Part shown: piece after piece, positions 29,601-37,400 of the stretch
Numbering within the stretch: position 1 is the stretch's first letter
Layout of the letters: every line of letters begins with the position of its first letter
Assembly (NCBI GenBank): GCA_002345625.1
Contig: DDWE01000026.1
Coordinates: 581-50,970, forward strand
Source: Desulfuromonadaceae bacterium UBA2294
GTDB taxonomy: Bacteria; Desulfobacterota; Desulfuromonadia; Desulfuromonadales; UBA2294
Length of the DNA: 50,390 nt
Direction: 5' to 3'
Program-made: the position numbers and the translations under genes
The notes under the pieces: generated by a model
What the model saw: the letters and a program-made list of their open reading frames with translations, nothing else
What the model was told of the DNA's origin: nothing
Databases searched by the model: none

Positions 29601-32493
29601 GCGGCTTCAGTGTGCTGTCGAGGCGGACGCCGATAGCGCTGATCGGCTGTGCCAGCGTACTGCCGTCGGCCGGATAGAGGATACCAGGTGACAACGCCGA
29701 CGCCTTCGCTGCAGCCGGTTGCGGCCGGACCGATGCGGTTATGGATTGTGCCGGACCGGCATCGGCGGCCATCTGGTCGAGGGCCGGATCGACCACCACC
29801 CGGTGTAATACGCGCAGATCGGTGCGGCGGTTTTTCGCCATGCCATCCACGGTGGTGTTGCTGGCGATCGGTTCAGCGGCGGCCATGCCGCGCACGACAA
29901 TCTGCTCGGCAGAAAGCGGCAGGGCGGCGGCCAGTGACTTGGCAACAGCTTCGGCGCGGGCGGTGGACAGCTCGCCATTGTCACGATAGGCGATCCCCTC
30001 CCGCCAGCGGATGCTGCGCGCATCGGTGTGGCCGACGACGACAATCTTGATCAGATCGAGTTTTTGCAGCTCGGCGACAATGGCATCAACTGCACGCAAA
30101 TCTTCTGTGCTGAGTGTGGCTTCCAGGGTCGCAAAACGGGGCTGGAGCAGCAACTCCTGTACCTCGCGGCGTTCGCTGCGGGAAATCCAGACCAGAGAGC
30201 TCTCCGCTGCGGGAGTCACCAGGTCCTTGTCGGTACGCGTATCGAAAACCAGATGGGCGCTGGCCGGCATCTCTGTGGTTTCGGCGCTACTGTCGATCAG
30301 GGTGCGGAAACGGACTGTCTCCTGCCAGTCGCCGCTGCGTTCAGGCAGTGCGAAGATCAGGGTCTTGCCGTCGTGTTGCGGATCGGCGAGTGCCTCGCCA
30401 GACAGTTCACTGCTGCCGGGGAGATACTCCACCGCTGCCGGAAGCTCGACCTGCAGACGACGATTGAACAGCGGAATCTCGCGGCCGGAAAGGTTAACGG
30501 TGTAGGTCGCGGCAGAACCGGTCCCAAATTCATTGTCCAGGGCAATGGTCACCTCACCGTTGATCGGTTTGCGTGCCAGGTGAAAATCGACCCGCCACAG
30601 CGCCCCCTGCTGCACATCAATAAATCGGGATTCGGGGCGGCCGGCAGAGCGGCTGTCGTTTTCGCAGTCGAGGATTTCATACCCGACCGGGATGGTTTCC
30701 GTGTCGAGTTGCACCACGTGGCTGCCGGGTTGTACCGAAACAAAATGGTAACGGCCGGTATCGTCGGTGACGACGTTGCTGCCATCTTCCAGGTAGATAC
30801 GGATGCCGCCAAGTCCGGAGAGGGTGGTCTCATCGGCGTCGCAGTCGCCATCAAAGACCCGGCCGATGAGGAACGATTCGCTGCGGAACAGATCTTCAAT
30901 CACTTCGACCCCGGCACGTCCTTCATTAGAAATAATCGCCGGCAGGACGGTTGAGGCAGCACGGGCCCGGTTGATCGCCTGCCCGGGCTTTGCCCCGGCT
31001 CCGACCGCGACCGCGTAACGGATAACGGCCGTGGCACCGGCAGCAAGGTCGCCGACGGTGAAGGTCAGGCTGCGGCCATCAGCGGAGAGGACTGGCGTCA
31101 GTGGGGTGCCGGTACTGCTACGGGCCGAGCCGTCACGATAGCTAAAACCGAACGGGAGGCGGTCGGTGATCGTCACGGCCGGGACGACAGCGGTGTCGGT
31201 GTTGGTGACGCTGACGCTGTAGGCGAGGGTTTCGCCGATACCGATGCTGCTGCGGTCGGCACTCTTTTGCAACCAGAGGATGCCAGCGGTGGCGGTCGGA
31301 TCGAGCGGGACATCGATCCGGATCGCCGGACCGGGGCTGATGGTGAAGACGCCGCCGTAGGAGTCGGGTGCCAGCACGACATAGCCGCCGGCCGGCGCCG
31401 GGTTGGTGGACGGGAAGTTGTAGCTGGCCAGCGGCGTGATCTTCAGACTGTAATCCCCGGCTGGAATCAGCGGAAAGCGGTAGCCGCCGGGAGGGAAGTT
31501 GTATGTAACCGTACCGATGGTGAAACTGCTGCCGGTGATGACATGGCCGGGGAATGCGACCCCGTCGTCGCCGACAACAGTGGTTGCCTCGACGCCGGTG
31601 GCGTTGTCGATGAGGGTCACTTCAACCCCATCGACCGGTGTGCCGGTAAAACTGTCGAAGACTGTCCCGTAGGGGTCGACCAGAGCCTCGTCGCTGCTGC
31701 CATCGCCGTTGATCGGGTCGCGGTAGTCGACGGTGAGAGTGTCGTCGATGGCACTGTACAACTGACCGTCGAAGCCGACCGCTGCGGCCGGGGCCAGTGG
31801 CAGCGAACCGAGGAAGACGCCGGTATCGGGACCGGTTTCGGTCAGGCGCAGATACTCAAAATCGCCGGTCATCGTGCTGCGGATGGTCAGCTCAATGGTG
31901 TCGACCAGTATGGCGTCGAGATTGCGATCGCTATCGCTGAGGCGGATGACCACCAGCTCGCTGCCGGAAAAGATTGTCCCCGGAGTCAGGTCGCCGGGGT
32001 CGGGCGTCGGCAGAATGGTGCTGAAGACGCCGGTGCTGGCGCCATCGCTGCTGAAGCTGGTGGCCGGTACCGTGGTGCCGGCGGGGTTGGCGGCGTAACG
32101 GAGCAGCTCAACGACGCCGGGAGTCGGTAGCGGGACCGTCGCCGTGCTGACCGTGTTGGACAGAATGACAAGGGAGTAGCCAAAAGCATCGAAGTTGAGC
32201 TGAGCGGTGTTGTCGATGCTGGCACCGGCCGGCGGAGCGGCGGTTGCCACATTCGGCAGCAGGGCCATGGTCAGCAGGAGTAAACAGGCCAGCTTCTGAC
32301 CGCGACGCACCAGAGTGTTGATGGTCGCGGACACAAGCCGACCGTTCAGCCGGCTGCTTGCGCAGCCGACTGAACCGGTCGAGAGGTGAACCAATAATCC
32401 GGTCATCCAGGCACAGCTCTCCCGGCGCCCGGCCGCAAGAACGCTGCGGAGGCGAAGGAGTTGTGCCCGGATTGTGCTCAGACGAAACAGCAT
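26662..32493 (-). CDS. Giant secreted envelope protein (gene D): Ig-like (DUF11, Cna-B/SdrD-B-like) modules, an OmpA-type peptidoglycan-binding module, Big-like modules, and a barrel-like C-terminal region of about 800 aa
   Basis: A single uninterrupted 5.8-kb frame. The signal-like segment is [23 protein letters not shown]; the true start is uncertain, with in-frame ATG 32406 and two GTG codons further downstream as alternatives. A DUF11 module reads [32 protein letters not shown]. The OmpA-like module ([12 protein letters not shown]...[10 protein letters not shown]...NRRTDLRVL) lies at about nt 29800-30130. The C-terminus reads [35 protein letters not shown]. Confidence 0.85.
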   Translation of the reverse strand: [1943 protein letters not shown]

Positions 32494-32550
32494 GAGCGAA
32501 CCAGATCGGTTAAGGGTTGGCGTGTATTGCGCCAGCCGGGTTAAGTGTGA

Positions 32551-33666
32551 CTAGTCGACGGTTACTTCAAAGGTGATTGTGGCAAATGACCCGGCAGCGA
32601 TGGTGCCGACATTGACGCCACCCGTGCTGTCCCCTACCAGCGCACCATTCAGGCGAGTTGTACCAGGTGTCAGTGTGGTGTAGATCGGTGCCGTATCAGT
32701 CACCACAACGTTGCTCAGATCCGTCGCCTCATTGTTGGTGATGGTCAAGGTGTAGGTGATGGTGTCCCCCGGTTTGGCGGTGAGGGTGCTGGCTGCTTTG
32801 GCAAAGGACACGTTCAGTGAATTGATGGTAGTGATGACCTGGTTGCCGACGGCCAGTGAGGTGCTGTAGTCGACGGTGGCGCCGCCAGAGTCGGTACCTG
32901 TGGTGGTGAAGGTGACGTTCGTGGTGTAAGTTCCAGTGGTCTCCCCGACATTCAGGGTGCCGGTGTCCTGATCCATGGTCAGGGAGCCGTACTCACCGAT
33001 AGGGTCAGCGGCGGCGGCGGTGCTGGCAGCGACGCCGTGGGCGGTGATGTCGTCAACCAGCTGAATGGTGGTCGTGACTTCCGGCGTACCGGTTGTCTGG
33101 GCGGTGCCGGCCGTGATGGTGCCGACGGTGTAGGCGTTGCCGTTGAGGATTACGGTTTCGGTGCCGGCAAGACCAGTCTCGGCCCCGGCGGGCAGGCAGA
33201 CTTCGTCTGCCCCTGCAACAACGCCCTGGCAAGCGACAACGATGCCGCCCCAAAGAGTGATGTTGTCGATGGTGAAGGTCTCAACCGAGTCGGTAGCTAT
33301 GGTTGCAGAATTGGTCGAATTGATGGCCGTTACCGTGTAGGTGTCAGGACCGTTGCTGTTGGAGGTGATGGTGTAAACGTAGCTGACGGAACCGCCGACG
33401 GTTGTCGACCGGGTCAGTGGGGTGACGCTGATCGTCGGAGCTGCAGCCAGAGTGTCGACGGTGACCGTGGTGCCGTTCGAGGTTTGATTGATGCCGGTCG
33501 CTGCAAGAAAGTCGTAGGTGACCGAGGCTTCGTTGAAAATGGTGGCGCCGGCGCTGACCGCTGCTTGAGCAGCAGAAGGGAGCAATACGCTGGTGATCGC
33601 CAACAGGGCGAGGCCGAACAGAGTGTTGCGGCCACTACGGAAAAAACGGGTTCGTTGCTGATTCAT
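32551..33666 (-). CDS. Secreted Thr/Gly-rich DUF11-repeat protein, candidate fibre subunit (gene C)
   Basis: Start taken at ATG 33666 (MNQQRTRFFRSGRNTLFGLALLAITSVLLPSAAQA), which follows an AAAGGAGA SD; the ORF track opens at 33846. The C-terminal DUF11 domain reads KPGDTITYTLTITNNEATDLSNVVVTDTAP. Confidence 0.85.
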   Translation of the reverse strand: MNQQRTRFFRSGRNTLFGLALLAITSVLLPSAAQAAVSAGATIFNEASVTYDFLAATGINQTSNGTTVTVDTLAAAPTISVTPLTRSTTVGGSVSYVYTITSNSNGPDTYTVTAINSTNSATIATDSVETFTIDNITLWGGIVVACQGVVAGADEVCLPAGAETGLAGTETVILNGNAYTVGTITAGTAQTTGTPEVTTTIQLVDDITAHGVAASTAAAADPIGEYGSLTMDQDTGTLNVGETTGTYTTNVTFTTTGTDSGGATVDYSTSLAVGNQVITTINSLNVSFAKAASTLTAKPGDTITYTLTITNNEATDLSNVVVTDTAPIYTTLTPGTTRLNGALVGDSTGGVNVGTIAAGSFATITFEVTVD

Positions 33667-33930
33667 GATGGATCTCCTTTTGTTACGGTTGATGTTCTTG
33701 TTCTCGGTTAGATGACGTTGCTTCAAGTTGCATTGGTCAATTAGGTCAGTCTGCATGGCAAATTCTCCAGCGCTCCGGCGGCTTGCCATGACGCCACCAT
33801 CGGCGTCTTCCTGGCAGTGGCCCGGCCCGCTCATGGCGGGTGGCAAGGTTGCGTTGTTGATGGGTGTGCAAAAAGGAAGGGTTCATGGCGTTCTCCTTTG
33901 ATTATGAGTGATCGAAAAAAGGGTATCGGT

Positions 33931-34413
33931 TTATTTAACCCGGACCTTGAACCCCAACTCGCCCTTGCTGCCGGCGGGGATGGTCTTCAGGTTCCAGCGA
34001 ATGGTCGTGATATCAGCCGCCGTTGCCGGGCGCGGTTTTCCGGTTCCGGCATCGGTAATCTTCAGGTCGACGAGCGGAGCGAAGGTGGCCCCGCCATCGA
34101 TGGAAAAATCGATGCTGGCGCCGTCGCCGGTGGCGCTGCCGTCGATATAAACGGTCAGGTCGGGCACTTTGTTTTTAAAGGCCAGATTGGTTGCCGGTGC
34201 GCTGGCGGTGTTGGCGTAATTCAGGGTGTAGATCAGCTCAGTCCCCGGTTCCGCGGCTTCGGCCGGGACCCGCTTGGTGACCGGAGTACCGTTTTCCATG
34301 ACGACAATCTCTTTTTCGGCCTTAACGGTCAGGGTGATGGGTTGTTCGTCGGCGGCAAATGCCGGTAGGGCGAAGGCCAGAAACAGCAGGGTGACAATAA
34401 GGTAGCGGTACAT
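33931..34413 (-). CDS. Small secreted single-DUF11-like-domain protein (gene B)
   Basis: 160 aa. It has a signal peptide (MYRYLIVTLLFLAFALPAFA) and a strong AAAGGAGA SD. The domain reads EPGTELIYTLNYANTASAPATNLAFKNKVP. Confidence 0.8.
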   Translation of the reverse strand: MYRYLIVTLLFLAFALPAFAADEQPITLTVKAEKEIVVMENGTPVTKRVPAEAAEPGTELIYTLNYANTASAPATNLAFKNKVPDLTVYIDGSATGDGASIDFSIDGGATFAPLVDLKITDAGTGKPRPATAADITTIRWNLKTIPAGSKGELGFKVRVK

Positions 34414-34433
34414 GGTTTGATCTCCTTTTTGGT

Positions 34434-37400
34434 TTAGCGGACCTGAACCTGGAACTGTAGATAAAAACGGCTGCCGGGGGCCATCGATCCGGTCAGCGGC
34501 TGGCGCCAGTTGGTGACATTGCCATCGGTCCCGGCCGGAGCGCCGCCATTACCGGAGGCCGGGGTGTAGCCGAACGTGGTATCGCCTGTCTGGGAGAAAA
34601 GGGGTGTGCCAAGTGCCAATCCAGAGGCCGGTGCCCCTTCGACAAAGTTGATATGGACACCGGGGGCGTAGGTGTCGGTCGCCAGATAAAGGTACGGGCT
34701 CAGGTAGTCATCGATGTAGATATTGGTCGCCGGAGCGCTGCCGGAATGGTCAACCTGAATCCAGTAAGTGAAATTTTCACCCGGTTTGGCGCTGCCGGAC
34801 GTTGACCACTTGATAATGCTCAAAGGTGGTGTCGGCGATGCGACGGCGAATGAACTGAGGCCGTAGTCGCTGATCGCCCCTTCCGTCCCCTCGTCGGCAT
34901 CGGTGCGAATGGTCCAGTTGCCGGAGGCTGCGTCAGCCGGCAGGGTGTAGATGTACTCAAAAGTTTTGGTTGCTGCACCGGAGTCAGCGTACAGGCTCAT
35001 CGGTAGGTCGTTGACTTGCACGACCCCGAGGGCATCGGTCAGGGTGAGTCGGGCAGCGCTGATGTCATAACTGCCAAAGGGGTCGGAGACCGTGCTACGG
35101 ATGTGGACCTCGGTCCCCGGAGCGACCGGCTGCGCCAGTGGTGCTCCGAGCGCATCAAAGAGAGCAAAGCTCTCGACATTGATGACCGTGGCGCTGTTGA
35201 GCTCGATGCGTGAGGTGTCGTTCGGGGTGATGGTTGCGTTGAATGGATGCAGCCAGACCTCTCGGTTAGACGTGTTGGCAACGACCAACTCGATCACCGC
35301 CCCCTGGGGAATGGATGTTGCCGGCATAGTGAACGAAAACGGATAGGTTTGCGGTGCCCCATTGGTCAGCGTTTGGCTGACGGTTTGTGTGTCAAGGTCG
35401 ACAGTGGTGGCACCGAGACGGTAGCGCAGGGTCAGGTCCAGCGAGACAGTGCGGTTGCGGTTGCTCTGAACGCGCATCTGCAGGGCGAGCGCGTAGTCGG
35501 CATTCAGATTTAGAATTGTCTGCAGTGCCGGACTCAAGGTCATGGTTGCGGTGGTTCCACTGGTCATCCGATAGTAGTTGATCGTGTTGCTCGAAGGGGT
35601 GCGGCTCAAATCCCCGGTCAGGCCGTTGCCGGTTGTCGGTGCCTGCACATAGAGCTGCTTGAGTCCGGATCCCGGAAGGGAGGCGCCGGCGATGATCAGG
35701 GTCGGTGCGGTCAGGGACGCCCCCGGTCCACCGGGGTTGATCACGGTGGCGCTGTTGGCAATGGGGCTGCCATTGGCGCCACTGACTTTGACCGTGTAGG
35801 TGATGGTGACAGTGTTTTTGGCCGGGACCGTAATTCCGCCAATATCGAGGAACCCGGTGCCGTTGGCGCCAGTGCCGGAGTAGGTGGAGTTGTTTATCCC
35901 GCCGCCGGTGCCGGTGACCGTAAAAGCGGTGATGTTTCCGGGGATGTCATCGGTGACCTGTACATTGCTGGCCGCAATCCCGCCGGTCTCCTTCAGGGTG
36001 ATGATGTAGCGCAGGATGTCGTCAAATTCGACATCGCCGCCGTTCTCATCAACGACGGTTTTGGTCGAAGTGGAGAGGTCGGGTTGCATAATGGTGAGTG
36101 TATAGTCCTCAACCTCGCCGTTGGTGGCAGAGCCACCGGGGGTGGCGGTGGTGACAAAGGGATCGGTGGTCAGCCGAAAGCGTGCGTAGGTGGTGCCGCC
36201 GGCAAGACCTGAGAGTCCGCTCCAGTTCAGAGTGGCTGTGCCGTTGGTGGTGCCGGTGGCGACATTGACCGAGACGCCTTCCGCCGTTTCGAAGGATCCG
36301 TTGCCATTAAAATCGATCCAGCCGACCAGATGGGCGAGGGAGCCGGTGGTGTTGTTCACCGTGACATCAACGGAATAGGTTGTGGAACTGGTGGCCAGAG
36401 CCGGAAAGGAGGCGATGCCATCCTCGTCATCACTGCCGGTGAGGTCGTCGCCATCGGCGGATGTGGTTGGCTGACCGGTCACTTCGTCATCGGGCAGGTT
36501 GGTGCCGAGGAAGATCTGATTACTGATACCGTGCCGCGGTCCGCCGCTTGAGGTCAGGGTGCGGTAGCTTTCGGGGGCGTCTCCGAAGTCGAAGCCCGGC
36601 AGGGTGCCGGAGCTGAAGATCAGGTGGAAAAAGACTGCGGAGTCCCAGTTGCGGTCGCCGGCATCGGCAATGGCTGCCTTGACATGATAGGTGGCGCCGG
36701 GGACGACGCTGATCGGCTGGTAGATGTAGTTGGTCCAGCCGTCGAGCTCGAGGTTGCTGTTGGTCGTGGCGACAGTGTTGTTGCCGCCGGCGGTATTGCC
36801 GTTGCTGTTGTCGGTGTAGTAGGCGGTGTTGGTGAGGCTGCCACAGTTGCCGATGTTGCCATATTGACCGACGAGACCGGTGTTGACCCAATTGATGGAC
36901 GTCAGGTCGCCACCCGGGGTCTTGGCAAAGTTTTCGGCGTTGTTCGAGTAGGGGCCATTGATGCCGGGGCCGCTGACAAAAATTCCGGTAACATCGTTGA
37001 AGGCGGTGCAGACATATTCGGGGAATTCATCCGAGCCAAACTGGAAGGGGATGGTCATGATCGATTGACTCGGGACAATGTCAAATTCGATGGCGATATA
37101 TTCGCCGTTGGCTGTCTGTCCCTCGAGGGCGATCATGTCCGGGTCGGTGACGTTTCCGCAGAGGGCGTTTGTCCAGCCTGATTGATTGTTTGGTGAGACC
37201 AGAGGGTCTGTTGGTTTGAGCGGGCCGGTGCCGAGAACCACGCCGCTGGCATCACCGAGGACCGGGCCGGGGCCGGTCGGGGTTGTCCCCTGGCTGAACA
37301 GCCCAACCGCCTGCGTACGGTTGGCGCAACCGTTGTTTGTGATGACCAGATTGCTGATGGTCACCCCGGCCCCTTGCAGGGCGGCCGTAATCTGCGCCGT

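Noticed and set aside
33817-34368. A 183-aa plus-strand ORF overlapping gene B.
   Set aside because: It is antisense to a gene with a strong SD, a signal peptide and a DUF11-like domain. Its translation is Gly/Ala/Arg-rich low complexity.
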